From IMG/VR virus record IMGVR_UViG_3300044610_000169: 64,000 nucleotides of DNA; one strand, given 5' to 3'. Below, in pieces: positions 1-10,499 of this stretch (positions are counted from its first letter, which is position 1; each line of letters starts with the position of its first letter). The notes under the pieces were generated by a model. It did no database searches. It saw only the letters and a list, made by a program, of their open reading frames with translations, and had not been told where the DNA came from. The stretch is from an uncultured virus (IMG/VR IMGVR_UViG_3300044610_000169) (lineage: Duplodnaviria > Heunggongvirae > Uroviricota > Caudoviricetes). A program made the position numbers and the translations under genes.

Positions 1-1066
1 AATTAGCAGAGAACGCCGCCGATGTTATCACGCCTGCCTGTAGTGCGTGAATGTCTGCTGCAATATGGCCGGATCCCCCGCCGGTCACTTGAACCGATCG
101 GTTATTGTTGTTTGAAATCAAGATGTGCTTACCGAAGCTATCGGCAACCCATGTCGTCGTCGTCAATGCACTCCAAACCGCCGTCGGAATCGCATCTACC
201 GCACCGTTAGCCGTGAGAGCATTGACCCCAAGCTCCGCAATCGCCCCGCCGTCCGTAATGTCAAGATTGCTGAAATTGGCCGGGAACGTCACGCCGCTGA
301 TCGACCCTACCGAACCTGTGACGTTGCCGGTCAAATTACCTGTGATGCCAACGGTCCACGCCGTCACCAACGCCAAGCCATCGGACGCAAGTTTGAACCC
401 TGTTTTGTCGCTAACCGCCACTGGACTGGTAACGCTGCCGACCGCCCCTGTCACGCTGCCGACCGTTCCGCTTAGATTGCCGGTAATGTTCGCCGTCTGA
501 TTGCCAAGTCCAGTCGTTGGCGCAAGGCTGAACCCTGTCTTGTCGCTAACTGTTGCCGTGTAGCCGGTCTTATCGCCAACGACCTCAGCATTTGCCGCGA
601 TCCTGCCGCCAACCAACGCCGCTGGAATCCTCGATTGAATATCCTGAGTATCGGTTTCAATGTCGGCAAGCTTCGACAACCCAAACGCTGTTGCATCCTG
701 ATAGTCAACCGCATCGAGTTCGATTTCGATTAGCACGGGGAGCATATTAGCAACGCCCCGAACGCAAAGTTCAACCCATTCGACGCCCGCCGCCGACGCA
801 AAAGCCGCATCGGGAAAATCTACCTCATAACGCCCTGCTAGCGATCCACTTGCGACAATGCCACCTGAGACGTAGGTGCCAAGGGTTTTGGATACCGCCG
901 TTACGCTAGTCCAAGTCGATTGGTTCTGCCGCCTGTACTCAAGCACTAGCCCGCTAGATGAGTGCGTAACCCCGCTGAGACCGCCGCCCGTTGTGCTGCT
1001 TGTGTCAGCGATAAATACCGGAAGCGATCGACTGGTTTTTGCTCTGGTTGTCTTTTGCTTGCTCAT
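1..1066 (-). CDS. Virion structural/tail-fibre-like protein, 3' end runs off the window
   Basis: Not in the ORF track because no stop is in the window. ATG at 1066 overlaps the upstream TGA (ATGA). Open frame MSKQKTTRAKTSRSLPVFIADTSSTTGGG..., Gly/Ser/Thr/Val-rich with repeated (V/G)SDKTG and VGSV motifs. Confidence 0.7.
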   Translation of the reverse strand, partial: MSKQKTTRAKTSRSLPVFIADTSSTTGGGLSGVTHSSSGLVLEYRRQNQSTWTSVTAVSKTLGTYVSGGIVASGSLAGRYEVDFPDAAFASAAGVEWVELCVRGVANMLPVLIEIELDAVDYQDATAFGLSKLADIETDTQDIQSRIPAALVGGRIAANAEVVGDKTGYTATVSDKTGFSLAPTTGLGNQTANITGNLSGTVGSVTGAVGSVTSPVAVSDKTGFKLASDGLALVTAWTVGITGNLTGNVTGSVGSISGVTFPANFSNLDITDGGAIAELGVNALTANGAVDAIPTAVWSALTTTTWVADSFGKHILISNNNNRSVQVTGGGSGHIAADIHALQAGVITSAAFSAN

Positions 1067-2112
1067 CCCGAATATCCTCCGTTCATCGCCCTAGGCAAAA
1101 TCAAACCACCGCCACCGCCGCCCGCTCCGTCGTCGAGTCCGTCGAGGACAACCCCAAGACACGGGCATTGCGTCGTTGTGTCAACCCAGGAGCCGCCCGA
1201 GGATTCGGTGTAATGCTGATCCTTTACAATCGCATTGCGTCGATCGGAACTGCCGTAAGATACGAGAGTAAATCTTGTTCCGGTCGCACCAGTAAATGCC
1301 GCTGCAAGTCTGTACCAGGTGTTAGCCGAAAGCGTCAAGCTAGAATCGAAAACATGCTGATTAACTCCACTGGCTTGGATTAAAGACGCCGAGGTTATTT
1401 GCTTGGTCAACAATGCTGTCCCTCCTGGTGCGGTCGCGTCTGCGTAAAGATTCACCGTGATGTCATTGCGGATGTCGTAATTCATCCAAAATCCTGATAT
1501 GCGAGCACTGTAAGGAAGCCTAAACCGGATGCCTTTTTCTCCGCTGGTAAAAAGCGAGGTCAGAGAGCTAGTTCCGTACGATACCCCTTCAATACTCGGC
1601 GAAAAATAAGTGCCATCGGAATATCGAAACAACGCTCGCATGTTTCTCGATCCGATAATTGACCATGTTCCGGCTGTGTTGATCTGCGGATAATTATGTG
1701 CCGAGGACACCTGACCCCATGATTGATCTACGCCGATCGCAATTGATGTGCCCGAGTTGTATGCAAGAGCCAAGCCAACCAACTGCCCTTTAGTTACAGA
1801 CGCTGCTGATGTTAACGTCGATTCATATTCGGTATTGCTCGCAACGGTTCCGGTCACGATGTTAGTGTTGGTCCCCAACAATGTACCGCTTGGGCTTGCA
1901 CCGCTAACCGTCTCAAGCCTCACGTCGACCGTTGGCGATCCTGTCGCCGTGCCAGAGTACCATACAACCCGGTCTATGCTATCGGTTTTGGGTGCGCGAA
2001 AAATAAACCCAACTTTTCCCGCAGCAACAAGGCCGGCTGTGGACGCAATTCCACCGACCGAAACCAGCGGAACTTTCCCGATTGCAATTGGGTTGACGTC
2101 GACGATTGCCAC
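1063..2112 (-). CDS. Virion structural protein (beta-rich, tail-associated)
   Basis: Long Gly/Ser/Thr-rich ORF with two similar beta-sandwich-like halves; likely GTG start overlapping the upstream TAG; late-gene position. Confidence 0.6.
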   Translation of the reverse strand: MAIVDVNPIAIGKVPLVSVGGIASTAGLVAAGKVGFIFRAPKTDSIDRVVWYSGTATGSPTVDVRLETVSGASPSGTLLGTNTNIVTGTVASNTEYESTLTSAASVTKGQLVGLALAYNSGTSIAIGVDQSWGQVSSAHNYPQINTAGTWSIIGSRNMRALFRYSDGTYFSPSIEGVSYGTSSLTSLFTSGEKGIRFRLPYSARISGFWMNYDIRNDITVNLYADATAPGGTALLTKQITSASLIQASGVNQHVFDSSLTLSANTWYRLAAAFTGATGTRFTLVSYGSSDRRNAIVKDQHYTESSGGSWVDTTTQCPCLGVVLDGLDDGAGGGGGGLILPRAMNGGYSG

Positions 2113-2654
2113 TATATCACCAATTCCGAATCGCCGTGTTTCCAAGCGTCGATTGCCGCTTGAGTCGCATTGTACCGATCAACATTTTCCTGGGTCCATG
2201 CAGCCCGCTTAGCTGTCGCGCCGTTCATTATGTCGCGAATAACTCGCACCGAATGAGCTGACTGATTTCCCACCGAAACGTGATCGACCCAACGCACGGT
2301 CTGATCTGCTAGAGCCATGAGTTCCGAAATGTGCGTAGCCGTCGCAAAACCGCAAGAAACCATTGCACCAAACATGCCTTGAGTCTCGGCCAAGTCAAGG
2401 TCGATCATCTTTCCGCGAGGCGATGTAATGTAGGCTAGGATATCAATTGCGATGTCTTGGCAAGGGTTTGCGGTGTTGCCCTCAGCCTTTTTTAGTAACG
2501 CTCGAATGCCGTGCCGCCGAGCGTATTCTTCGATCTGCCAGAGGTCAACCAAGACGCGAATCGTCACCGTCTTGGCGTTGATCGCATCCGCTGCCGCTTG
2601 GTCGCTCATCGAAGCGTATTCGGCTTTTGAAAGCTCGTCGATTAGTGCTTGCAT
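2112..2654 (-). CDS. Hypothetical phage protein
   Basis: 180-aa ORF with an AAGGA RBS, translationally coupled to the next gene. Confidence 0.65.
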   Translation of the reverse strand: MQALIDELSKAEYASMSDQAAADAINAKTVTIRVLVDLWQIEEYARRHGIRALLKKAEGNTANPCQDIAIDILAYITSPRGKMIDLDLAETQGMFGAMVSCGFATATHISELMALADQTVRWVDHVSVGNQSAHSVRVIRDIMNGATAKRAAWTQENVDRYNATQAAIDAWKHGDSELVI

Positions 2655-2707
2655 CTACTGATTCCTTTTCACTTGAGCAACTTGCATCGCCAACTCGTTT
2701 TTGCTGA

Positions 2708-3070
2708 TTACGTCTTTTGGAACAAAACCGTTTCAACCTTCTCAAGTTTCGTCCTGGCTTCTGCATGGTTGCCGTCAAGCGTGGCAATGCCCGCTTCAGC
2801 GAGTATGCCAATTGCATTGTGCGTTGCGTAATGCGATGTCTGATCTTTCGTAGCTGTCGCCTCAAGTTTTGCAAGCGTGTCGGCGTTTGTCTCCTGCGTC
2901 TTTGTGGCGCTCACCATGAAGTCGATATGAGCCTCCGCAATCTTTGGTCCGTACTTTCGACCAAGAGAAAAAAACAGCCATAAAAAGGGTCCAACAAACA
3001 GCAACAAACAAGCGAAGGGTATCCCGACCGCTTGTACGAACTGAGCAACGCTAGTCCAGTCAAAACTCAT
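2708..3070 (-). CDS. Holin-like membrane protein
   Basis: N-terminal TM helix (VGIPFACLLLFVGPFLWLFF) followed by a helical soluble tail; sits with secreted proteins and a protease. Confidence 0.5.
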   Translation of the reverse strand: MSFDWTSVAQFVQAVGIPFACLLLFVGPFLWLFFSLGRKYGPKIAEAHIDFMVSATKTQETNADTLAKLEATATKDQTSHYATHNAIGILAEAGIATLDGNHAEARTKLEKVETVLFQKT

Positions 3071-3111
3071 GATTGATCTTTCTACTCTGGTTCCCAAAGC
3101 AACAAATAAAA

Positions 3112-3819
3112 CTAGGGGTTCGGGCATTTACCGTCGACGCACAATCCGCGAATCACGGCTTTCAAGCACTCCTTGTACTCTTCGACCGTCTGCGGGTTGG
3201 CTTTACCAATCTCCTTGTCGATCGGAATTCGCCAAATGTTGAGCCAATCTTTTTTTCGGCTGGTTGGCTCTCGCATCCCAAAGCACGTTTCGATAGTGCT
3301 CGTCACAAGCCCCTTCGCGTCAGGGAGGTAGGATGGAAGCTTAGGAAGTAGGTTGATCAGCGAGCTTGCCAGCAGCGACGTTGTGGCTGCATCCTGCAAC
3401 GTGTCTACAGCAGCTCGAGATGTCAGGCGAATCGATTCGTAGCTTGGCGTTGGATTTGGACTCGGGTTGATCGGTCCTGGCGTTGGCGGTGGCGTAGGTG
3501 GTGGTGTTGGTGCGATCGATCCTGTAACGTTGATCTCGTGCCAACTGTAGGCAATTTCAGCCTGCTTGTTGGCAACGATTAAACCGAACTGATACTTCCC
3601 AGGTGTTGGGATCGAAAAAAAGATGTTGGACCCGCACGACGCCGAAGCCGACTTGAGTTCGTCCGGAATTATCCAAACTTTGTTGTCGCCAGTCGCTTCT
3701 TCATAGGACAGAAAAACCAAGGTGCCAGCGAGCGCCGTTGCCGGTCCCTTGATCGCAGCCTTGAGCTCTTGGCCGAAAGCTGGAATCGTAAGCAACAGGA
3801 AGGCAATCAGTGTTCGCAT
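3112..3819 (-). CDS. Secreted protein with Pro-rich linker
   Basis: Signal peptide MRTLIAFLLLTIPAFG, small beta domain, PTPPPTPPPTP linker, C-terminal CxxGxC. Confidence 0.7.
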   Translation of the reverse strand: MRTLIAFLLLTIPAFGQELKAAIKGPATALAGTLVFLSYEEATGDNKVWIIPDELKSASASCGSNIFFSIPTPGKYQFGLIVANKQAEIAYSWHEINVTGSIAPTPPPTPPPTPGPINPSPNPTPSYESIRLTSRAAVDTLQDAATTSLLASSLINLLPKLPSYLPDAKGLVTSTIETCFGMREPTSRKKDWLNIWRIPIDKEIGKANPQTVEEYKECLKAVIRGLCVDGKCPNP

Positions 3820-3871
3820 AATCTAACCTTGGTTTTGTAGAAGGGTTGGGTATTGACGAATCGAGTTCGCC

Positions 3872-4300
3872 TTAGGGGGTCGGAACTGGTTGTTGCTTCT
3901 TGCGGCGGTTCTCGATGATCATCTTGACCAACTCGAGAATCAGCGGGATAAACACTTCCCAGCCTTGCGTACCGACCGCAGGTCCAGACTGGATAGAGAC
4001 TTCTCGCTCGGCGCACTTCGTCTCGATCGCCTGAAGCACGCTTTCAATGTCGCTTCCGGAATTGACAACCTCGCCTTCGACCATCAAGCCTTCGACGTAA
4101 AGGTCGTCAACCTCGCTCATCGCGGAGAAGCCGATCGTCCCGGATTGAGGCGCGGCAATCTTCGCAACAAGGCACCCGAAAAGCCACATTGCTTGCATCA
4201 AAGTTTTTGCAGACGGTCCCTTGCGAACATCGGCAACCAATTCGAGCAAGCACGATACGCTTACTTCACCATCAAACTTGCTTTCGCACTGATTTGACAT
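3872..4300 (-). CDS. Hypothetical membrane-associated protein
   Basis: 142 aa; amphipathic C-terminal WEVFIPLILELVKMII; AAAGGTG RBS. Confidence 0.65.
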   Translation of the reverse strand: MSNQCESKFDGEVSVSCLLELVADVRKGPSAKTLMQAMWLFGCLVAKIAAPQSGTIGFSAMSEVDDLYVEGLMVEGEVVNSGSDIESVLQAIETKCAEREVSIQSGPAVGTQGWEVFIPLILELVKMIIENRRKKQQPVPTP

Positions 4301-4329
4301 AACAAAACACCTTTCAAAAATGGTACAGG

Positions 4330-5256
4330 CTAAACAAAACTGAGTTGATCGTTGACGAGTGCGGAAATGATGTCTTGAGTCTTTGGAACACCCATACCCC
4401 AGAACGGATCGAACCCAGGATCACCCTTGTCCTGGGTGTACTTCGCCAGAAACGCTCGAACGGCTTCAACCCCGGTAAACTCTGCTGCGCCTTCGCGTCG
4501 CATTAGCTCAACAATCAGAGCAAACAAACCCGCCGCGAACGGAGTTGCCATGCTCGTTCCCGACATGCCTCGGAAACTATTGTTGGTCGAGCAAGACACG
4601 ATGTCTTGCCCTGGACAGCACATATCGAGCTCGCGCCCACCAGACGAAAACGAAGCTCGCTGACCGTCTTTTCGGTACGCACCGATACAAAGCGATTCAG
4701 GATACTTCGCTGGGTAGCCGATTGTATTTTGCCTTCCGTTGAAACCTGAGTTGCCAGCAGCCGAGATAGTGATCACCCCCTTGCTCCAAGCGTACTCCAT
4801 GGACTTCCGAGTAGGCTCGTAAGGACTGCTCGATCCTAGTGACAGCGAAAGGATATCTGCTCCATTGTCGACCGCATCTCGCACTCCCTGAGCTATCCCA
4901 TCGGAGGATCCTTGTCCGCCATTTGAAAGCACCTTGATTGCCATCAACGACGCATCGGGAGCAACCCCGACTCCATCTCTGGCGAGCACGGTCCCTGCGC
5001 AATGATTGCCGTGACCGTTGCCGTCACTTATGCTTTCACCTCGAATAAACGACTTCGAATAAACTGGCTTCGGAAGCAAGTCATGGGGAGTGTATCCAGT
5101 GTCCAGGACCGCAACGACGATACCTTTGCCAGTAACCCGCCTCCAGATCGGCTCGAACGTTGCTTTCGGCAGATGCCACAGATCTCCCGGCGCTGCGAAC
5201 ATCTCGACATCCGAAACCAAGTCCGGTGGCAAATATACTGGTGGTGAATCCATCAC
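4330..5256 (-). CDS. Subtilisin-like S8 serine peptidase
   Basis: Catalytic triad motifs VAVLDTG, HGNHCAG, SGTSMATP and oxyanion motif AAGNSG; no signal peptide. Confidence 0.95.
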   Translation of the reverse strand: MMDSPPVYLPPDLVSDVEMFAAPGDLWHLPKATFEPIWRRVTGKGIVVAVLDTGYTPHDLLPKPVYSKSFIRGESISDGNGHGNHCAGTVLARDGVGVAPDASLMAIKVLSNGGQGSSDGIAQGVRDAVDNGADILSLSLGSSSPYEPTRKSMEYAWSKGVITISAAGNSGFNGRQNTIGYPAKYPESLCIGAYRKDGQRASFSSGGRELDMCCPGQDIVSCSTNNSFRGMSGTSMATPFAAGLFALIVELMRREGAAEFTGVEAVRAFLAKYTQDKGDPGFDPFWGMGVPKTQDIISALVNDQLSFV

Positions 5257-5281
5257 TTGACCCCGAGCTTACTTTGAAGGG

Positions 5282-5316
5282 AAAAACGGGGGGTAGGCAA
5301 ATCGCCTGCCCCCCCT
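5282..5316 (-). terminator. Rho-independent terminator
   Basis: GGGGGGCAGGC/GCCTACCCCCC hairpin followed by a T-run, just after the 5336 stop. Confidence 0.75.
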
Positions 5317-5335
5317 TGAACGTCACAGATAACGA

Positions 5336-6184
5336 TTACTCGTACTGTGCGCAAGCAACCCAGTCCATGTTGATGGTCAACGCAGCATTACCAGCGATGT
5401 CCTTGATGCCGATAATAGGAGCAAGAAAAGCATCATCAGGGAACGTAGCTGCATCAAGTTCCGATGCCGTCAACCTCGCAGGTGCCGGAACAGTTCCAGC
5501 AAGTCTTCCGTTGGCATAGAACTCCAGCGACTTTGGACCAGCACGATAACGCAACCCAAGCTTGACGTAGGTGCTCGCCACTGCCGTGTGCAGTGCGTTC
5601 AACTTCGTCTTGGTAGCACCGTCCTGGTAGGTCTGACCATCAGCCTTGTAAGCTGCGTCAATTGCAGCCCCCTCAGCCGACAGGTGATTAAACCCAACAA
5701 AGTTCTTGTCTGCAAGAACACCAGTCGTATCAACAAACAAACCATCAGTCACGATCATGTTGGCCTCTCCAAGACCAATACCATACGACCACTTGGCGGC
5801 TGTGATTGCAGATACGGACAACCGGCACTCAAAAGCCAAGTCGTTATTTGCAAGGAAGAACGGCGCACTTGCCAATCCACCCCACTTGATGACAGCTTCA
5901 TCGTTTGCAGCATTACCATCGACTGCTAACGCTAAAACTCCCTTTTCAGTCGCCGTGTCAGCAGCCAATGCAGCCGTACAACCAGCACTGAGCAAGTTCA
6001 TCCACGGACCAACGAGCGACGTCGCATTGAACGTCATGAAGTCGTCAAAGAAACCAAAGGCGAGATTCCCGCTTGGAGTCTGGAACGAACTTCCCGAGGG
6101 GTTCATGTTGGTTGGCGATCCGAATCCTTTCCACAAACGTGGCGAAAACAAACGGGTCGAAAGTTCTTCGTAATGCAAATCCAT
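5336..6184 (-). CDS. Probable capsid decoration/cement protein
   Basis: 282-aa beta-rich ORF immediately downstream of the major capsid gene. Confidence 0.55.
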   Translation of the reverse strand: MDLHYEELSTRLFSPRLWKGFGSPTNMNPSGSSFQTPSGNLAFGFFDDFMTFNATSLVGPWMNLLSAGCTAALAADTATEKGVLALAVDGNAANDEAVIKWGGLASAPFFLANNDLAFECRLSVSAITAAKWSYGIGLGEANMIVTDGLFVDTTGVLADKNFVGFNHLSAEGAAIDAAYKADGQTYQDGATKTKLNALHTAVASTYVKLGLRYRAGPKSLEFYANGRLAGTVPAPARLTASELDAATFPDDAFLAPIIGIKDIAGNAALTINMDWVACAQYE

Positions 6185-6248
6185 CTTACTGTTTCCCTTT
6201 CAAGGAAGTTTTAGGAGTGTCCCAGCCTTGGGTGGACGTTGTCCCATT

Positions 6249-6284
6249 AAAAAACTGGCGGCGCAATTTAACGTCTCGCCGCCA
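6249..6284 (-). terminator. Rho-independent terminator after the capsid gene
   Basis: TGGCGGCG/CGCCGCCA stem plus GTTTTTT. Confidence 0.7.
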
Positions 6285-6325
6285 CAGACGCTTGCCAACG
6301 ACTGACATCATGTCAGCCAGTCGTG

Positions 6326-7444
6326 TTAGGCGGTTTCGGTCACAGTCTGAGTGCAATAGCCACGGAAGTTTGCGCGACGATTGAAACAGACCATTTGAAG
6401 CGAGTCATCCATGCAGCGAACGCGAACGTTGCTCATCTCTGGGTGCTGGAATGCCTTCCTCTTGCGCATCTGCCGACCTGCGGCGTAGTACGCTTTGAAA
6501 GTTGACCAGTTGACCCCAAGGACGATCCCGTCAGTTCGAGCATTGACGCTATCGCTGCTGGTCCAAGCTGGAACCCAGTTCAACGGCACGCCACGGATGT
6601 AAACCTGACCGCTGCGAGCAGCCATGTCGTCGCCAATGTTGTCGTTTCCAAGCTGAAGCATTCGCCGACCAGCCGCCAAGACGCTGTAAGTCGTCAAAAG
6701 CTCCCAGTCGCTTCGCTTCTGATCAACGATGTCTGGTCGCTGAACAGGAGGCTCGAACGAACACTTATCCATCGAGCTGATCGTCTTTTCGACAAAATCG
6801 CTTCGAGTGATCGACGTGTAAGGGAACGTTCGGTTTCTCCATTGCGGGTACTGGGTACACGAAATGCCGCCAACGCCGACGCTTGACCATCCAACAGGCT
6901 CGGCTCCATTGAAGCCTTCAGTCGCGTTGTTCTCAGTCACGCTGTCGCTCGTGGAGGTGATCCACCAAAGCAACGACGAAACGATATTGGGGGTCTGAGT
7001 AGGACTCGATGGACCAGGACCGAACACCAAGTCTTCCATGCCAGTGTAGAACGACGTCATGAGGTCGCGTTCTTGATCCTCGATGTAGTCGTAAATCTGC
7101 CGACCGCCAGTGCGGAAGATCTCTTCGTCGATGTCGTAGTGGTAGTTGTTCGTGGTCAACGCCCACTTCAATTCACCTTGGTCGAGCGTGTTGACTCGAG
7201 TCGAAGAATCTCGGTGGTACAGACCAACAGACTGGAAGTTGTCTTGGTATCCGACCTTTACCTTCCACCTGCACTCCGACGTGCTCATCGTGTCCTTCTT
7301 CAGATTTCCCGAAAAAAGACGCGATGCGTAATGGTACTTCTGCAACGTCAAGGACAAATCCTGCGCTGCAAGTCGGTCTTCACCCGCAAACTTCTGGTGG
7401 ATGCTGTTTACAAAATCGTCAATCTGGTCAATGGACAAAGCCAT
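6326..7444 (-). CDS. Major capsid protein
   Basis: 372 aa, strong AAGGAG RBS, portal-scaffold-MCP order, followed by a terminator; C-terminal IRGVP..W and NRRANF-type motifs resemble HK97-fold coats. Confidence 0.8.
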   Translation of the reverse strand: MALSIDQIDDFVNSIHQKFAGEDRLAAQDLSLTLQKYHYASRLFSGNLKKDTMSTSECRWKVKVGYQDNFQSVGLYHRDSSTRVNTLDQGELKWALTTNNYHYDIDEEIFRTGGRQIYDYIEDQERDLMTSFYTGMEDLVFGPGPSSPTQTPNIVSSLLWWITSTSDSVTENNATEGFNGAEPVGWSSVGVGGISCTQYPQWRNRTFPYTSITRSDFVEKTISSMDKCSFEPPVQRPDIVDQKRSDWELLTTYSVLAAGRRMLQLGNDNIGDDMAARSGQVYIRGVPLNWVPAWTSSDSVNARTDGIVLGVNWSTFKAYYAAGRQMRKRKAFQHPEMSNVRVRCMDDSLQMVCFNRRANFRGYCTQTVTETA

Positions 7445-7463
7445 GTTACGGCTCCTTTATTGT

Positions 7464-8399
7464 TTAAGCTCGTTCGAGTTCCCTGTAGAGGCGATCAGCC
7501 GCTTCCCGAGGGTCTTCACTCGGAGGTTGAGGCTTCGTTGGGCTTCCGCCCAAACGCATACCGCTCTGCCTGGAAATCTTCTGTGTATGTTGTTTCAAAC
7601 GCTTCTTCCCGATTTCGTCCGCGAAAACCATACCGGCAACGCGATCGTACAATCGTTCATTTTCTTCCACTGGATAACCAAGCTGTTCCATGCCGATCAA
7701 GTGAGCCTTGATGGCAATCCGAAGCTCTTTTCGCCGTTCAAGCTCCTTCTCGGTCTCCTTGCCCGTCTTGCCAAACAAGTCGGCGTGACCAAGCTGATCA
7801 ACGATGCCGTCGAAACGAGCCTCGTCGTGAGTGATGGTTGCTTGAACGAGATTCGCTTCGAGTCTTTCGAGTCGAGTTTCGTAGTGGTCCCGCATTCGCG
7901 AAAACTCATCCACGATCTCGTCGTCGTAAAGATCCTTGCTCAGCGTAACCTCGTACTTGCCGCTATCTTTGGCGACAGGCTTTTGGTCTTCCCGTGAGGC
8001 TTCTTGCTTGCTTGGCTTGTCGTCGGAGAGTGCCTTTCGGCCAGAGTCCAACGCTTTTTTGTCAAACAATCGCAAAGCCCGATCCAACTCCTCGCGGCTG
8101 GCAAAATCAGACAAGTCAGACTCGTCGATCCCATACGCGGCTACCTCGGCTTTAACGTCGTCAGTGACCCACTCTGGAGCAATTGACTCGTCGCCGGAAC
8201 CATCCTCGCTTTGGACCGTGTCCTCGGCGGCTTTTCTGCTGGACTTGTTCTCAGCAGCTATTTTTTCGACTTGCGCAGTGTCAACGATGATCTCGGCGTC
8301 CGATTTTCGCTCGGCTTGAGATTCCTCGAACACCTTTTCAGCGTATTCTTTGATTTGTTCGCTGGTCATTTCTTCATTCAAATCATCATTCATCGCCAT
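7464..8399 (-). CDS. Capsid scaffolding protein
   Basis: Acidic, helical, low-complexity protein directly upstream of the MCP. Confidence 0.7.
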   Translation of the reverse strand: MAMNDDLNEEMTSEQIKEYAEKVFEESQAERKSDAEIIVDTAQVEKIAAENKSSRKAAEDTVQSEDGSGDESIAPEWVTDDVKAEVAAYGIDESDLSDFASREELDRALRLFDKKALDSGRKALSDDKPSKQEASREDQKPVAKDSGKYEVTLSKDLYDDEIVDEFSRMRDHYETRLERLEANLVQATITHDEARFDGIVDQLGHADLFGKTGKETEKELERRKELRIAIKAHLIGMEQLGYPVEENERLYDRVAGMVFADEIGKKRLKQHTQKISRQSGMRLGGSPTKPQPPSEDPREAADRLYRELERA

Positions 8400-8709
8400 A
8401 TCCTCCATCCATATCCCTGAATCCGCGCATACGAAGGAACTCGTTACGTGCGCGACGACTTGTAAATTGAACTTGACCGCTGTCGCGAACAGCAGCTCCC
8501 TGGATGCAATGCTGCTTAATCAGCTTGCGAGTCTCGTCCACTTGGCTTTTCATTACCCCGCAACCCTCAGATACCAAGGGGTTGTGCTCGGTGTACGTGT
8601 TTGCAGCCATTGCTGGTCGCTCGAGCCAGTCGGCTTTACGAGGCACCAAGCGATCGAGCTCTGCCTCGGACACTTCCTTGCCTTTGTACTTGTGGACGAT
8701 CTTGCTCAT
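8386..8709 (-). CDS. Hypothetical head-module protein
   Basis: 107 aa, coupled to the portal stop (ATGA). Confidence 0.65.
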   Translation of the reverse strand: MSKIVHKYKGKEVSEAELDRLVPRKADWLERPAMAANTYTEHNPLVSEGCGVMKSQVDETRKLIKQHCIQGAAVRDSGQVQFTSRRARNEFLRMRGFRDMDGGYGDE

Positions 8710-10499
8710 GACCCAACTCCTTGCAACATCGAGTTTCTTTGCTGTGAGTTGATCTGCGGCTGACCACCCATCAAGGTTTGGATCAACGCATTACTTCTAG
8801 CTGCTTCGGTGCCGCCACTGCTAACGTTTTTCCTGATCGTCTCCCTGCTCGTGACAGGTGACTGCCTAACCGTGTTCTCGTCGCCACCGAGCATCTCAGC
8901 CGGCGCGGCGAACGTGATGAACCGCTTGAACTCAGGTCTGTTTTTCAGTCTGGCAATTTCTTCGACAATGGCTTGCGCATCGATCGAGGCACCCGAAGCT
9001 TGGAACATCGGCCAAAGCGGTGCGATCTCGCGGATCACCTGGAACAACTCCTGAAGCTTCTGCTCCGGAGTCTTGAAGATCATTGAGTATGGTTCGATCC
9101 TGAACTCGTAGTCGTCAAACTCACCCTGGCGGTAGTCTGGAGTCCAGTCAGAGTTTACGTTGATGCCTGTGTTGCCGACTTCCATAGAGGTCTTCAACTC
9201 AAGCGTCTCATCCTCCCACATCAGCCTGCCGAGGTCCAAGATGCACTTGGAGGCAAACGAAACCACCGCCATTCGCATGTCAGCTACGTTCTTTGAAACG
9301 TTGCCATGGATTAACTCTTCCTGGCCGAGCGTGCTAGCCTGTTGACCAAGACCACCCATAGCCTGAAGATTTCCAGCAAAACGGTCGTATTCCGTTTGAA
9401 TGAACGTCGCTAGCGCCATGTCTCGCTGATCAACGCCGCCGCTTTGGAACTGCTTGATTGACTCTGGACTCTTGGCTCGATACCACCCGTTCCGCTCGGC
9501 AGTCCTGAGCCTTTCGGCGTCATCCTCCATCCCTGGTGGGTAGACCATGACCACTCGATTGGCATCCGAGTCAGCTTCCATGCGCCTGTGCAGACGATTC
9601 TGGAGATCGTGCATTCCCTTGAGGTTCATCGCGGGAGACGTCGGGATGATGTTGTCGGGGGTTTCGCCAAGCGACAAGAACTTGTACGGACCTGCTTGGG
9701 ATCCCGTCCATGGTCTTTCGATGAGCGGCTCCATGTCTTGCTGGTCGCAAGGCAAGGTGACAATTGTGTTGTTTTCGGCGATCCAGATGTCCTGGAGCCA
9801 GATCATGTCCTTGAGATCGTCGTCCTGAGCACTCCCCCAGTCCGAAGCCATGTCTCGAGTAGCGCCTACCGAATCATGGTGTTCCCTGTTGGTCGGTCTA
9901 AGTTTGTCCTTGACCTTTTTGTCGTACCCAGGTTCATCCATAACCTTTTCAAAGTCAGCGCGATAGCGATGTCCGCAATATCGCATCTTGCTTAACTCTT
10001 TGGCGGTCATATCGAGAATCAAATCGTCAAGCGACACTCGATTGAACCAAGGCTCACCTGGATCGAGCCAAACATCTTCCTCTGACGCGAGAAGTCCGTG
10101 AAAGCGAGTGTCCGTGTCACGCATCATGACAACGCCACACCCAAGACAGAAGAACGCATCAAGGACAATCATCCTGAACGTCTCATCAAGAGCCATGTCG
10201 CTGATGAGCTTGGCGAGATTGACTTCAAAACGCCTTGCGAACGGAAGCATGTCCATTCGTGGAGTCGAAACCAAGACGCTAGGGTTGTTCGCAGCCAGAG
10301 CGACCGTGTAGATACGTGCCGTCTGGTTCATCAAGTTGACGAGAGTCTTGTTCTCTGCGCCTGATTCGTTGTACCAAGAGCCAACGTAATCCTTGATCAG
10401 CGTCTGCCGAACGCGACGAAAAGGTTCCAGAGCATCCCGCGATGAGCGGATTGCCTTGTAAAGCCGATCTCGTTTTTGCTGGTCTCTTAGATCAAACAT
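8706..10499 (-). CDS. Portal protein
   Basis: 597 aa between terL and scaffold; motifs such as RVSLDDLILD, LKGMHDLQNRL and ASTLGQEELI in portal-like order. Confidence 0.85.
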   Translation of the reverse strand: MFDLRDQQKRDRLYKAIRSSRDALEPFRRVRQTLIKDYVGSWYNESGAENKTLVNLMNQTARIYTVALAANNPSVLVSTPRMDMLPFARRFEVNLAKLISDMALDETFRMIVLDAFFCLGCGVVMMRDTDTRFHGLLASEEDVWLDPGEPWFNRVSLDDLILDMTAKELSKMRYCGHRYRADFEKVMDEPGYDKKVKDKLRPTNREHHDSVGATRDMASDWGSAQDDDLKDMIWLQDIWIAENNTIVTLPCDQQDMEPLIERPWTGSQAGPYKFLSLGETPDNIIPTSPAMNLKGMHDLQNRLHRRMEADSDANRVVMVYPPGMEDDAERLRTAERNGWYRAKSPESIKQFQSGGVDQRDMALATFIQTEYDRFAGNLQAMGGLGQQASTLGQEELIHGNVSKNVADMRMAVVSFASKCILDLGRLMWEDETLELKTSMEVGNTGINVNSDWTPDYRQGEFDDYEFRIEPYSMIFKTPEQKLQELFQVIREIAPLWPMFQASGASIDAQAIVEEIARLKNRPEFKRFITFAAPAEMLGGDENTVRQSPVTSRETIRKNVSSGGTEAARSNALIQTLMGGQPQINSQQRNSMLQGVGS

